Shown here: positions 20,007-29,634 of the stretch, piece by piece | How positions within the stretch are numbered: position 1 is the first letter of the stretch | Layout of the letters: each line of letters starts with the position of its first letter | From: Chitinophagales bacterium | Lineage (GTDB): Bacteria > Bacteroidota > Bacteroidia > Chitinophagales > JADJOU01 | Assembly (NCBI GenBank): GCA_030832185.1 | Contig: JAURJQ010000022.1 | Location: 51,273 to 115,272, forward strand | DNA length: 64,000 nucleotides | Reading direction: 5' to 3' | Made by a program: the position numbers and the translations under genes | Notes under the pieces: generated by a model | Database searches by the model: none | What the model was told of the DNA's origin: nothing | The model's input: only the letters and a program-made list of their open reading frames with translations

Positions 20007-21095
20007 GTGATTCAGCAACTAATCCCATTAAAATTTGGTTCTAAAGAGTCTATTAATTTTCTTGAGTTATTAAGAGAACGTGTAGATAATTATTTTCTCG
20101 AAAAAGGAATTTCCAAGAAATATAATTCAGGAATGGTCGTAAAGTCGATTTTTATGATCGCCCTTTATGTGTTGCCTTTTATTGGCTATATCGTTTTTAC
20201 CCCTAGTTTATTATTAAGTATATTATTGTGGTGTATCATGGCTATAGGTGTTTCTGGAATAGGTATGTGTATCATGCATGACGCGAATCATGGTGCTTAT
20301 TTTCAGAGTTATCAATGGAATCACTGGATAGGAAAAGTAATCAACCTACTAGGTGGATCAGAGTTTAATTGGAAAATTCAACACAATATATTGCATCATA
20401 CCTATACGAATATCGTCCACTATGATGATGATATAGATGACAAAGCTATTTTGAAGCTATCCCCTTTTGCTCAGTCCAAGTGGTACCATCGGTATCAGCA
20501 TTATTATGCTTTCTTTTTTTATTCTATTGCGACACTATACTGGTGTACAGTGAAGGATTTCATTCAACTTCAACGCTATACCCGAGAAGGCTTAAACAAA
20601 AACTCAAATACAGAAAATGTTTGGCTTTGGATAGAGCTTATTTTGGCTAAACTGCTCTATTTCTCAGCTTTATTTTTACTCCCTTATTTTGTTTCTGATA
20701 TTCCTATCTCCAAAACACTCATTTGTTTTCTGATAATGCATCTCGTGAGCGGATTGATACTGACTACTGTTTTTCAATTAGCACACACCGTTGACAATAC
20801 GATTCATCCTACTCCCATTAAGGATCAACAAATGGAACAAACATGGGCTGTCCATCAAATGCAGACGACCAGCAATTTTGCACGTCATAACTCTTTTGTT
20901 AGCTGGTTGGTTGGTGGACTTAATTATCAAGTAGAGCATCATTTATTACCTCATATTTGTCATGTGCACTATCCCCAGCTAGCTCCGATAGTAAAACAAA
21001 CAGCGGAGGAATGCGGTATTCCTTATCTCGAATTCGATACCGTATGGAGTGCATTGAAAGCCCATATAAGAGCCTTGAAACAATTTGCAAATTAG
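20007..21095 (+). CDS. Membrane fatty acid (acyl-CoA) desaturase
   Basis: Three His boxes (HDANH, HNILHH, QVEHH) and transmembrane segments. Confidence 0.93.
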   Translation: MIQQLIPLKFGSKESINFLELLRERVDNYFLEKGISKKYNSGMVVKSIFMIALYVLPFIGYIVFTPSLLLSILLWCIMAIGVSGIGMCIMHDANHGAYFQSYQWNHWIGKVINLLGGSEFNWKIQHNILHHTYTNIVHYDDDIDDKAILKLSPFAQSKWYHRYQHYYAFFFYSIATLYWCTVKDFIQLQRYTREGLNKNSNTENVWLWIELILAKLLYFSALFLLPYFVSDIPISKTLICFLIMHLVSGLILTTVFQLAHTVDNTIHPTPIKDQQMEQTWAVHQMQTTSNFARHNSFVSWLVGGLNYQVEHHLLPHICHVHYPQLAPIVKQTAEECGIPYLEFDTVWSALKAHIRALKQFAN

Positions 21096-21110
21096 ATAAA
21101 TCTACCTAAA

Positions 21111-21512
21111 ATGATACTTGACCACATAGGAATAGCTGTAAAAAATATCGAGAGTGCAAAAAAAATGTATGAATCTATATTGCAAAGCAAGGCATACTAT
21201 GAAGAAGTATTGGAAAGCCAAAAAGTCAACGTTGCTTTTTTTAAAACAGGAACTGAGTCTAAAATTGAATTATTAGAAGGCATTGGCCCCGATTCTCCTA
21301 TCACTAAATTTATAGAAAAAAAAGGAGAAGGTATACACCATATGGCATTTTTAGTTCAGGATATACATGCAGAAATAGAGCGGATGAAAAAGGAAGGGTT
21401 TGAAGCATTGCAAGAGAGCCCGAAAATAGGCGCTGCCAATAAACTCGTTTTCTTCTTTCACCCAAAATCTGTGGGCGGCTCATTAATAGAACTTTGCCAA
21501 AAACAAACCTGA
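21111..21512 (+). CDS. mce: Methylmalonyl-CoA epimerase
   Basis: DHIGIAV, KIELLE, GEGIHHMAF, FFHPKS..G.LIELCQ. Confidence 0.93.
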   Translation: MILDHIGIAVKNIESAKKMYESILQSKAYYEEVLESQKVNVAFFKTGTESKIELLEGIGPDSPITKFIEKKGEGIHHMAFLVQDIHAEIERMKKEGFEALQESPKIGAANKLVFFFHPKSVGGSLIELCQKQT

Positions 21513-21514
21513 CC

Positions 21515-22309
21515 TTGAAGCATTTACTATGGGTCTTTATTTTCACTATACAAATAGTATTGCTTTCTGCACAGAAGAGAAGTAAAGATTTGCTCGCTTC
21601 GTATCAATTTAAGGCGGGGGAATATGCGCGCTACAAAGTTATTTATAAATTTAGTGAAGTATGGGTGACGGCGGGTTTTGTCAGTTTTGAATTTACCGAG
21701 CGAGCAGTAGATAATAAACACCATACCGTTTGCATTGCCCGAGGAAACACAGTGCCAGCTTTCGATATATTTTACAAAGTGAGAGATGAATATGCGACAG
21801 TTACAGAGACTAGTACTTGTCTCCCAAAATTTTTCCTTCGACGAGTCAATGAAGGTGGTTTTAAAATCCATAATGATTTCAATTTTTTACACGATAGTCT
21901 AAAAGTCATAGCAGAAATGCAAGACAGCAAGAATGCGCATCGAATCGATACAATGGCTATTCCCCCCAATACGCAGGACATAGTTTCCGCAATATTGTAT
22001 TGTAGAAGCCTAGACTATAAAAAATTGGATAGTGGACAGCAATATAATTTTTCCATTTTTCTCGACAACGAAGTATTTCAAGTAGGAGTAAAATATCACG
22101 GCAAGCAATCTATTTCCACCGATTATGGAGATTATATTTGTTTAGTATTGCAGCCTATATTGCTTACGGGGCGTATATTCTCCGAAGTAGATAAGATGCG
22201 CATCTATATGACGGATGACGAGCGTCGACTGCCTGTCTATATAGAATCGCCTTTAAAAGTAGGGAGAATCGTAGCGGTGTTAACTAAGTATAAGACCAAT
22301 TTTAAATGA
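21515..22309 (+). CDS. DUF3108-family exported protein
   Basis: GE...Y, FYKVRDEY, RRVNEGG, and TDDERRLPVYIES...VG. Start at TTG 21515 (or TTG 21494). Confidence 0.8.
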   Translation: MKHLLWVFIFTIQIVLLSAQKRSKDLLASYQFKAGEYARYKVIYKFSEVWVTAGFVSFEFTERAVDNKHHTVCIARGNTVPAFDIFYKVRDEYATVTETSTCLPKFFLRRVNEGGFKIHNDFNFLHDSLKVIAEMQDSKNAHRIDTMAIPPNTQDIVSAILYCRSLDYKKLDSGQQYNFSIFLDNEVFQVGVKYHGKQSISTDYGDYICLVLQPILLTGRIFSEVDKMRIYMTDDERRLPVYIESPLKVGRIVAVLTKYKTNFK

Positions 22310-22638
22310 AACTAAATAGTCGTCTTATAGAGAATTTTCACGTTCTACTCTGGCTCATCAAAGATATGTGCTGGGCTATGGAGTTTAAGTTGTTGGGGAG
22401 TATTATGATATTACCCACCTTGGCTGCTGCTATTTGGATATTAAAAATCACCAAAGAACAGGATGAATTCTGGGTCAATTTGGCTGTTTTATTCTGGATT
22501 CTAGCGAACTCCACGTGGATGCTCGTTGAGTTCTTTCAGATGGGAAGTAAACATTATTGCTTGCCATTTTTTATTTGTGGCTTTATTTCATTCGCCCTGT
22601 ACTGTTATAAATTATGGAAAAATAAGTCGAATGCCTAA
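22306..22638 (+). CDS. Small membrane hypothetical protein
   Basis: ENFHVLLWLIKDMCW and NLAVLFWILANSTWM; about 4 TM segments; ATGA-type coupling to its neighbours. Confidence 0.75.
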   Translation: MKLNSRLIENFHVLLWLIKDMCWAMEFKLLGSIMILPTLAAAIWILKITKEQDEFWVNLAVLFWILANSTWMLVEFFQMGSKHYCLPFFICGFISFALYCYKLWKNKSNA

Positions 22639-23086
22639 CGAGGAATATCAAAAATGGTTGGAAAAACTCGAGAACTACTGCGCATATCAAGAGCGCTGCA
22701 TCTCTGAAGTCAAGACTAAGATGTATAGTCTTAAAATTCCTACTCTTCACTACCCATCAATCCTAGAATCTCTCATAGAGAATAAGTTCTTAGACGAAGA
22801 GCGCTATGTAAGGGCTTTTATGCGATCCAAAGTCAGTTTCAAAAAAGATGGATTGGAAAAAATTCGCTTTGGGTTGATGAAAAAAGGGATCAAAGATGCG
22901 GTTATAAAACTAGTTTTTGAAGAACTCGATAACGAAACCTATTCGTCAAACTTAAACAGTCTCATCGAAAAAAAATGGATTAGCCTTCTTCTCAAAAATG
23001 AGAAACAAGAAGCTAAAGCAAAATTAATCCGCTATCTCTTAGCAAAGGGTTATAAATATGATGAGTTTAAAGGGTTACTTAAATAA
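22631..23086 (+). CDS. recX: Regulatory protein RecX
   Basis: YCAYQERC..EV, FLDEERY and YLLAKGY. Start trimmed to ATG 22631. Confidence 0.88.
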   Translation: MPNEEYQKWLEKLENYCAYQERCISEVKTKMYSLKIPTLHYPSILESLIENKFLDEERYVRAFMRSKVSFKKDGLEKIRFGLMKKGIKDAVIKLVFEELDNETYSSNLNSLIEKKWISLLLKNEKQEAKAKLIRYLLAKGYKYDEFKGLLK

Positions 23087-23139
23087 AGAGTTCGCCTCGG
23101 TTTCCATAAATTCTTTAAATTTGTAAGGTAATACAAAAT

Positions 23140-23661
23140 ATGCAAAATATCTGGAAATTTACGACTATAGTGCTACTTATAGCTTGTTTAGCTATGGGTT
23201 TTTATTTATTTAAAGGCAAATCTTCTTTAAAAGAAAGTGGAACTATTTCTACAGATGAGATAAATGTGAATGATGTCGATTATAAAAAGAAGCAAAATCC
23301 GATTTTTTCTGTTGCCAATAATGATTATTTCTTCCAAAACCTCACTACAATTCAGTTTTTAAGTGATGAATACAATTTCGACACCATATCTGTCAATAAA
23401 ATTATCGAACGAGATATTCAATATATAAATACAGGTAAAAACCCTTATTTTATTAAAGATATAAAAGTATCCTGTGGTTGCACTATCCCTAGCTATGACA
23501 ATAAGCCCATAGCTCCAGGTGATACAGGAAGTGTGAAAATAGAATACAATAGTGCTAAAAAAAATGGATTTAATATGAATAAACTCTCATTATATGGTAA
23601 TACGGAACCATCAGAACGTTCCGTATATTTCAAAGTTTTTGTTAAAGTTTCCTCCCATTGA
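23140..23661 (+). CDS. DUF1573-domain protein
   Basis: NTGKNP..I..VSCGCT.P...PIAPG motif. Confidence 0.88.
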   Translation: MQNIWKFTTIVLLIACLAMGFYLFKGKSSLKESGTISTDEINVNDVDYKKKQNPIFSVANNDYFFQNLTTIQFLSDEYNFDTISVNKIIERDIQYINTGKNPYFIKDIKVSCGCTIPSYDNKPIAPGDTGSVKIEYNSAKKNGFNMNKLSLYGNTEPSERSVYFKVFVKVSSH

Positions 23662-24080
23662 GAATACTTGCAATAGATTACGGTAAAAAGAGATGTGGTC
23701 TGGCTGTGACTGATCCGCTAAAACTAATAGCGACTCACCTTGAAGCTCTACCTACCATTGAGCTCCTAATATATCTTAAGACTTATTGTCAAAAAGAGAT
23801 CGTAGAAGGATTCGTCCTAGGAAAGCCATTGACCTTAAAAAATAATCTGAATGAGATAGCTAAGGAAATAGATGCATTTAAATTACAATTGAAAGAAGCT
23901 TTTCCAGACAAATATATAGCTGAAATTGATGAACGGTTTACTTCTAAAATGGCCTTCCGGTCTATTATTGATAGTGGTGTGAGGAAAAAGAAAAGGCAAG
24001 ATAAGTCTCAGATTGATATTGTCTCAGCGGTCATTATTTTACAAAATTATTTAGAATTAAAATCAAACTTTCCCAAATGA
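23658..24080 (+). CDS. ruvX: YqgF/RuvX nuclease
   Basis: LAIDYGKKRCGLAVTD, DERFTS and D.VSA..ILQ. Confidence 0.95.
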   Translation: MRILAIDYGKKRCGLAVTDPLKLIATHLEALPTIELLIYLKTYCQKEIVEGFVLGKPLTLKNNLNEIAKEIDAFKLQLKEAFPDKYIAEIDERFTSKMAFRSIIDSGVRKKKRQDKSQIDIVSAVIILQNYLELKSNFPK

Positions 24081-24643
24081 TTTACCCAATTTATGCTTAT
24101 GGACATACTTTGTTAAAAAAGAAAGCAGAGCCAGTAGAGTTAAAAATGGAAGACATAGCACCCATAGTATCTGACATGTATGAAACTATGTACCACTGCA
24201 AGGGCGTTGGATTAGCAGCTCCGCAAATAGGTCTTTCTATTCGAATATTTGTTATTGACAGTACTAGATTAAATGCAGATGATGAGCGCAAGGATAGATC
24301 AGAAGAAGGCTTGAAGGAAGTTTTTATCAATGCTGAAATGATCGATGAGACAGATGGCAAAGTCTCTCTAGAAGAGGGCTGTCTTAGTATACCGAATATC
24401 TATGGTCATGTAGAGCGTGAAAAGAAAATAAAAATACGATATCATAATGCAGAGTTGGAGCTAGTAGAAAAGGTTTTCACGGGCTTTACTGCAAGAGTTA
24501 TTCAGCACGAATACGATCATATAGAAGGACTACTCTTTGTAGAAAAACTAAAACCGCTCAAAAAACAAATGATTAAACGAAAACTAGAAGATATAAAGAA
24601 GGGGCTCATCTCTAGTAGATATAAGATGAAATTTGCACATTAA
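24077..24643 (+). CDS. def: Peptide deformylase
   Basis: GVGLAAPQ, EGCLS and QHEYDH motifs. Confidence 0.97.
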   Translation: MIYPIYAYGHTLLKKKAEPVELKMEDIAPIVSDMYETMYHCKGVGLAAPQIGLSIRIFVIDSTRLNADDERKDRSEEGLKEVFINAEMIDETDGKVSLEEGCLSIPNIYGHVEREKKIKIRYHNAELELVEKVFTGFTARVIQHEYDHIEGLLFVEKLKPLKKQMIKRKLEDIKKGLISSRYKMKFAH

Positions 24644-25984
24644 ATGAAAAAGCTACTTTTAGTCATCCTCTGCGAGTTGCTAAGCTTCTGCATGCAGTCG
24701 CAGGATACTGTGCTCACGCATATATCTTACCTTCAATTCCCATTTAGACTGAGTATAAAAAAACTAGAGCTGACAACCAATCAAGCAATAAAGGGCATTA
24801 TTTATAAAGATAGTCTTTATACCAATGATCAGAATGATCAGATGAAGTGCACGGTATGGAAGGATGGTGAAATAAGACTAAGTTCTGTAAAAAACAATGT
24901 GCTAAAAATAGACGTACCTCTTAAAGTATGGATAGAAAAAGGTTTAGGGGCTTTTGGTGCGTATACATATAAAAGTTCAGAGTTTAAACTGACTATGTCT
25001 TTTAACCTTGTTTATAGTGTATCTAATGATTGGAAATTGGTCACGAAGACAATAAAAAATGGTTATACCTGGACACAAAAACCTAGTTTAAATTTCGTTT
25101 CTCTCCAATTACCTATCACGCCTATTGTAGAAAAAATTCTTGATAAAAATCAAGGAAACTATGCTAAACTTATAGATGACCAGATAAGTAAAAATTTAAA
25201 TCTAAGGGGCGATTTAGTAAAAGTTTGGAATCAACTCAAAGAGCCGCAGAAAGTATCAGATAGCTACAATACATGGCTAGCAATTATTCCACAAGCTATC
25301 CTGGCTAGTCCATTTACTCAAGATGAGAGCTATATTAAATCTTCTTTTCATTTGAAGGCACTCGTGCGTTCATGTATTGGTTCAGATTCTATATTAAAAA
25401 CACCTGTGACATATCAACTTCCTCCTTTAATTTATAAAAATTTGGCAGCAGATAGCTTCAAGTTATATACTATAGTTACCATACCTTATAGTGAAGCTAG
25501 TCAAATAGCTAAGAAGAAATTTGTAGATCAAGAATTTAGTTTTAACAATGGAAAATACAAGGTCAATATTCACAATATAACGCTCTATAGCAATCAAGGA
25601 AAGCTTATGATAGAAACAGATATGTCGGGTTCTTTTAATGGAAAGACATATATTCAAGGTGAATTATATTACCAGGCAGAAGGACGCTCCGTAAGAATGC
25701 GAAATCTTTCCTTCGACATGCAGACTAAAAATATCTTCCATAAGGCTGCTAGTTGGCTTTTTAATGGTAAAATCGAACAAAGCCTTGAAGAAAAATTTGA
25801 TATGCCTGTAGGAGAGATACTAGACTATTGTAGCCAATCTACAGATCAAGCTTTGAATCGAAATCAAAATGGTATGCTACTATCTGGCAAATTAAGTCAA
25901 CTAACTCCTACTCATCTTAGCAGTAAAGATAATTCCATTCTTCTTATCCTACTGGCCACTGGACAACTGGCTATCGAAATGTAA
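24644..25984 (+). CDS. DUF4403-like exported protein
   Basis: Signal peptide, beta-rich 446 aa, similar to DUF4403 proteins of Bacteroidota (recognised by eye). Confidence 0.65.
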   Translation: MKKLLLVILCELLSFCMQSQDTVLTHISYLQFPFRLSIKKLELTTNQAIKGIIYKDSLYTNDQNDQMKCTVWKDGEIRLSSVKNNVLKIDVPLKVWIEKGLGAFGAYTYKSSEFKLTMSFNLVYSVSNDWKLVTKTIKNGYTWTQKPSLNFVSLQLPITPIVEKILDKNQGNYAKLIDDQISKNLNLRGDLVKVWNQLKEPQKVSDSYNTWLAIIPQAILASPFTQDESYIKSSFHLKALVRSCIGSDSILKTPVTYQLPPLIYKNLAADSFKLYTIVTIPYSEASQIAKKKFVDQEFSFNNGKYKVNIHNITLYSNQGKLMIETDMSGSFNGKTYIQGELYYQAEGRSVRMRNLSFDMQTKNIFHKAASWLFNGKIEQSLEEKFDMPVGEILDYCSQSTDQALNRNQNGMLLSGKLSQLTPTHLSSKDNSILLILLATGQLAIEM

Positions 25985-25993
25985 TACCGAAGT

Positions 25994-26027
25994 AAAAAAA
26001 AGGATTGCTCACCTAAATGAGCAATCC
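25994..26027 (-). terminator. Intrinsic terminator, probably bidirectional
   Basis: 10-bp stem GGATTGCTCA/TGAGCAATCC with an A8 run on its left, between convergent genes. Confidence 0.85.
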
Positions 26028-26060
26028 CTTCTAAACTTCATTTATACCTTAAATGATAAA

Positions 26061-26243
26061 TTAATGGGCAGCAGGAGCGTTTGCTGTATCTGCTGGTGCT
26101 ACAGAATTGGCAGTATCTAACGCCTCTGTCAACTGCTCTACAGTCTGATCTATCGATATTTCTTCTGCTTTTTTATCTTCATTGTTACAGCTTACAAAAG
26201 ATAGAGATACCATAGCAAGGGTAATAAGTACTAATTTTTTCAT
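26061..26243 (-). CDS. Small acidic lipoprotein (60 aa)
   Basis: MKKLVL...FVSC lipobox; own promoter motif TAGCTTTG (26268-26275) and terminator. Confidence 0.85.
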   Translation of the reverse strand: MKKLVLITLAMVSLSFVSCNNEDKKAEEISIDQTVEQLTEALDTANSVAPADTANAPAAH

Positions 26244-26328
26244 TCTATATTAATTTAAAATCCAGTGCAAAGCTATTTTATAATTATGAACAACTAGATT
26301 CATAATTTCAACATTTAGAAATAGATGT

Positions 26329-26362
26329 AAAAAAAAATAGACTACCCGAAGGTAGTCTATTT
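26329..26362 (-). terminator. Intrinsic terminator with cUUCGg tetraloop
   Basis: 12-bp stem AAATAGACTACC/GGTAGTCTATTT, TTCG loop on the minus strand, followed by a T-run. Confidence 0.9.
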
Positions 26363-26406
26363 CTTAGAACGTTCTAAATAATTATCTTAATAGACCAATT
26401 ATTTGA

Positions 26407-26586
26407 TTAGTGAGCAGCAGGTGCAGTTGTGTCAGCAGCAACAACCTCTGCAGGTGCAGTTGTGTCAACAGCTGGAGTCTCTACTACTGGAGTCTCTACT
26501 ACAGTCTCCTCAGTAGCAGGAGCAGTTTCGTTACAAGAAGTGATTGCGAAAGTTGCAACTGTCAATAAAAGTGCTAATTTTTTCAT
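26407..26586 (-). CDS. Small acidic Pro/Ala/Thr-rich lipoprotein (59 aa), not in the ORF track
   Basis: Manual translation MKKLALLLTVATFAITSCNETAPATEETVVETPVVETPAVDTTAPAEVVAADTTAPAAH*. Lipobox ITSC, promoter motif TATCTTTG (26621-26628), own terminator. Confidence 0.88.
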   Translation of the reverse strand: MKKLALLLTVATFAITSCNETAPATEETVVETPVVETPAVDTTAPAEVVAADTTAPAAH

Positions 26587-26674
26587 TTTTGTAAAATTTA
26601 TATGTTTTTAAAATTCGATGCAAAGATATGGTTTATTTGATAAGCGCAACGAATAATTTGTTAAAAATAATTAA

Positions 26675-28003
26675 TTACTTTTCCTTGAAAATGAGATTGA
26701 TATTAACTCCTTTAAAATCAAAATTTTCACGTAGTTTATTTTTCAAAAAATTCTTATAATTTTCAGGGACATACTTAGGATGATTGCAGAAAAATGCAAA
26801 TGTAGGAGTGTATGCATGCAGTTGAGTAATATATTTGATCTTAATAAATGTCCCTCTATGCGATGGTGGTGGGTTAGATTCAATTACCTTGAGCATGACA
26901 TCGTTCAGCTTGCTTGTAGATATGCGTCTTCGCTGCGCTTGAGATACAGACTCAATAAACTCTAAAAGTTTAAATATTCTCTGCTTTTCAGTGACGGAGG
27001 TAAAAAGAATCGGAACATCACTAAACGGAGCTAATTTTTCTCTTAATCGAGCTTCATACTCTTTCATTGTATTGGTATCTTTTTCTAATAAATCCCATTT
27101 ATTCACGATGATAACAATAGCCTTTCTTCGTCGCTGTACAATTTTGAATAGAGACATATCCTGGGCCTCTATACCCGTTTGTGCATTAATCATGAGTAAA
27201 ACGACATCTGCTTCTTCAATGGATCGAATAGCGCGTATAACCGAGTAAAACTCCAAATTCTCGTGTACTTTTGTCTTCCTCCTTATTCCCGCTGTATCTA
27301 TAAAAACTAGACGCTTATCAAATTTATTATACTCTGAGTAGATAGAATCTCTTGTGGTTCCAGCTATATCGGTCACGATATTGCGCTCTTCACCCATAAG
27401 GGCATTGACAAGAGAACTTTTACCTACATTGGGCTGACCTATGATAGCTACCTTAGGAATAGCTAGAGCCTCTATTTCTTCCTTCGTTAGCTCATCCTCA
27501 TACTTCTCTTTAGGTAGTTTTTCTACCACTGAGTCAAGTAGTTCGCCTGTACCAGAGCCTGATATAGAAGATAATGTAAACATTTCTGAAAAACCTAACC
27601 CATAAAACTCCGCACTCTCATGCAGCCTTTTTGTATTATCAACTTTATTCACGACAAGAAGTACATCTTTTTTAGATTTTCTAAGCATATCTGCTACATC
27701 GTCATCCAGAGCAGTGATGCCTGTAGTCACATCAACCACAAAGAGAATCACCTTGGCTTCTTCCATCGCTATCTTGACCTGTTCTTTAATAGCTTTTTCA
27801 AATACGTCTTGACTGCTATCCACATAGCCTCCAGTATCAATGAGGTCGAAAATCATGCCATTCCATTCTACTTCGCCATAGATTCTATCTCGCGTGACAC
27901 CGCTTATGTCATCCACTATGGCCTTGCGCTCGCCTATTAATCTATTAAAAAGTGTGGATTTACCTACATTGGGTCTACCAACAATTGCTACTGTTTTATT
28001 CAT
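26675..28003 (-). CDS. der: Ribosome biogenesis GTPase Der/EngA
   Basis: Two tandem G domains (GRPNVGKS, GQPNVGKS; DTGG, DTAG; NKVD, NKWD). Confidence 0.98.
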   Translation of the reverse strand: MNKTVAIVGRPNVGKSTLFNRLIGERKAIVDDISGVTRDRIYGEVEWNGMIFDLIDTGGYVDSSQDVFEKAIKEQVKIAMEEAKVILFVVDVTTGITALDDDVADMLRKSKKDVLLVVNKVDNTKRLHESAEFYGLGFSEMFTLSSISGSGTGELLDSVVEKLPKEKYEDELTKEEIEALAIPKVAIIGQPNVGKSSLVNALMGEERNIVTDIAGTTRDSIYSEYNKFDKRLVFIDTAGIRRKTKVHENLEFYSVIRAIRSIEEADVVLLMINAQTGIEAQDMSLFKIVQRRRKAIVIIVNKWDLLEKDTNTMKEYEARLREKLAPFSDVPILFTSVTEKQRIFKLLEFIESVSQAQRRRISTSKLNDVMLKVIESNPPPSHRGTFIKIKYITQLHAYTPTFAFFCNHPKYVPENYKNFLKNKLRENFDFKGVNINLIFKEK

Positions 28004-28917
28004 TTTTTATCTATCTTCTTAGGATTGAAATATCCAAATTTTTCTAACATTTTATCCTTACTGCGCCAGTCTGCTAATACTTTGACAAAAATAAACAAAT
28101 GTACTTTAGTGCCCGTATATGTTTCTATTTCCGCACGAGCTTCCGCAGAAATTTTCTTTAATTTCTCCGCCTGATGACCTATAACTATACCCTTTTGAGA
28201 CTCTCTCTCTACATATACAATGGCCTCTATCATAGCCTCTCCTGCTGCACGTTCCTCATATCTAGAGATGACTACCTCTGTGCTATAAGGAATCTCTTTC
28301 TGATAGCTTGAAAATATTTTCTCACGGATAATTTCTGAAGCGAAAAATCGCATATTCCTATCTGTCCAGTTACTGTGGTCATAGTAAGGTGGATGCAATG
28401 GAAGGTACTTTAGTAATAGTTCCACCAGCGAATCTCTACCTAATTTGAGCTCTACGGATAAACATATCATTTCCGTTACAGGGAGCAATTCTTCATAGTA
28501 AGCCATGATTATATTTACCTCTTCTGGCTGACACTGATCTATTTTATTGATGATGACAAAAAGTGGTTTTTTCGCTCTTAAAATTTCTTTAACTAAGGGG
28601 TGCTCTGCATCTAATAAATTATACTTATCTACAACCAAGGCTACAATATCCGCTTCCTCCAAGGCGAGTTCAATATAGGAATTCATATTTAACTGCAGCT
28701 GATAAGCCGGCTCATCAATAAATCCAGGGGTATCCACTAGGATCAATTGATGATCATCTCCATGAATGAAACCTTTGATATTCTGACGTGTCGTCTGAGA
28801 CTTACTATTAACTATAGATAATTTCTCATCCAACAATAAATTTATTAAAGAGGATTTACCCACATTGGGCAGTCCTACGATATTGACAAAGCCGGATTTA
28901 AAATTAGTAGAAGTGAT
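28000..28917 (-). CDS. era: GTPase Era
   Basis: KSGFVNIVGLPNVGKS, QTTR, DTPG, NKID and KH-domain SQKGIVIG. The frame extends upstream of the track start; the only plausible start is ATC at 28917. Confidence 0.93.
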   Translation of the reverse strand: MTSTNFKSGFVNIVGLPNVGKSSLINLLLDEKLSIVNSKSQTTRQNIKGFIHGDDHQLILVDTPGFIDEPAYQLQLNMNSYIELALEEADIVALVVDKYNLLDAEHPLVKEILRAKKPLFVIINKIDQCQPEEVNIIMAYYEELLPVTEMICLSVELKLGRDSLVELLLKYLPLHPPYYDHSNWTDRNMRFFASEIIREKIFSSYQKEIPYSTEVVISRYEERAAGEAMIEAIVYVERESQKGIVIGHQAEKLKKISAEARAEIETYTGTKVHLFIFVKVLADWRSKDKMLEKFGYFNPKKIDKK

Positions 28918-29067
28918 AAAACTTGTGGTTTAGACTGCAAAGCTAAGCTAAAAAGGTATTATAGTTGTGATTTATGACTTGTGCGTGTATATCTTACTAT
29001 ATTAACGAGGCAAAAAGATAAGTTTTATCATCGAAGAAACAACCTATAAAGTGTTCTTAACTTGAAT

Positions 29068-29538
29068 TTATCTATTCAAAAACCAAATAGATCCATTCAG
29101 AAGGGCAGCAAAGCTAACCCAGACAAGGTATGGAATCTGTAAATAAGCCGCCTTTTTATTGACCGAATAAAATGAATGAAGCATAAATACAATACTAACC
29201 CAGATTAAGAAAATTTCTATAAATGCAATACCTAGCAGACGATATTTAAAAAATAAAAAACTCCAAACGAAGTTAAGTGCCAACTGAACCCAAAAAATAA
29301 TAATCGCTTTGGTTCGAAGTGGGCCTGAAGTCTGTCTAAGAATGAGATAAAACGAAATACCCATCAATAGATACAATAATGTCCATACTGGGCCAAATAC
29401 GTCAGTAGGTGGATTGAAAAATGGCTTATTCAAAGCATAAAACCAGTCATCTATACCACCAGCAGTGGCTATGCCAGAGACGGCACCTACAGCCATGGTG
29501 AGGGTAATACATAAAAAAAAGGTAAATATTTTAGCCAT
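29068..29538 (-). CDS. tspO: TspO/MBR tryptophan-rich sensory protein
   Basis: WFYALNKPFFNPP..VFGPVWTLLY, QLALNFVWS and PYLVWVSFA. Confidence 0.95.
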   Translation of the reverse strand: MAKIFTFFLCITLTMAVGAVSGIATAGGIDDWFYALNKPFFNPPTDVFGPVWTLLYLLMGISFYLILRQTSGPLRTKAIIIFWVQLALNFVWSFLFFKYRLLGIAFIEIFLIWVSIVFMLHSFYSVNKKAAYLQIPYLVWVSFAALLNGSIWFLNR

Positions 29539-29634
29539 ATTGTTAAACTTAATTCAAATCTACAATTCTTATATTTATTAAAAGAAATAAAACAAACAAA
29601 GAACCGTTTATTTTTAAAATATAAAATAATTTTC

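Noticed and set aside
26429-26611. 60-aa + strand ORF in the track
   Set aside because: Antisense shadow of the real minus-strand lipoprotein 26407-26586, which has a lipobox, promoter motif and terminator.
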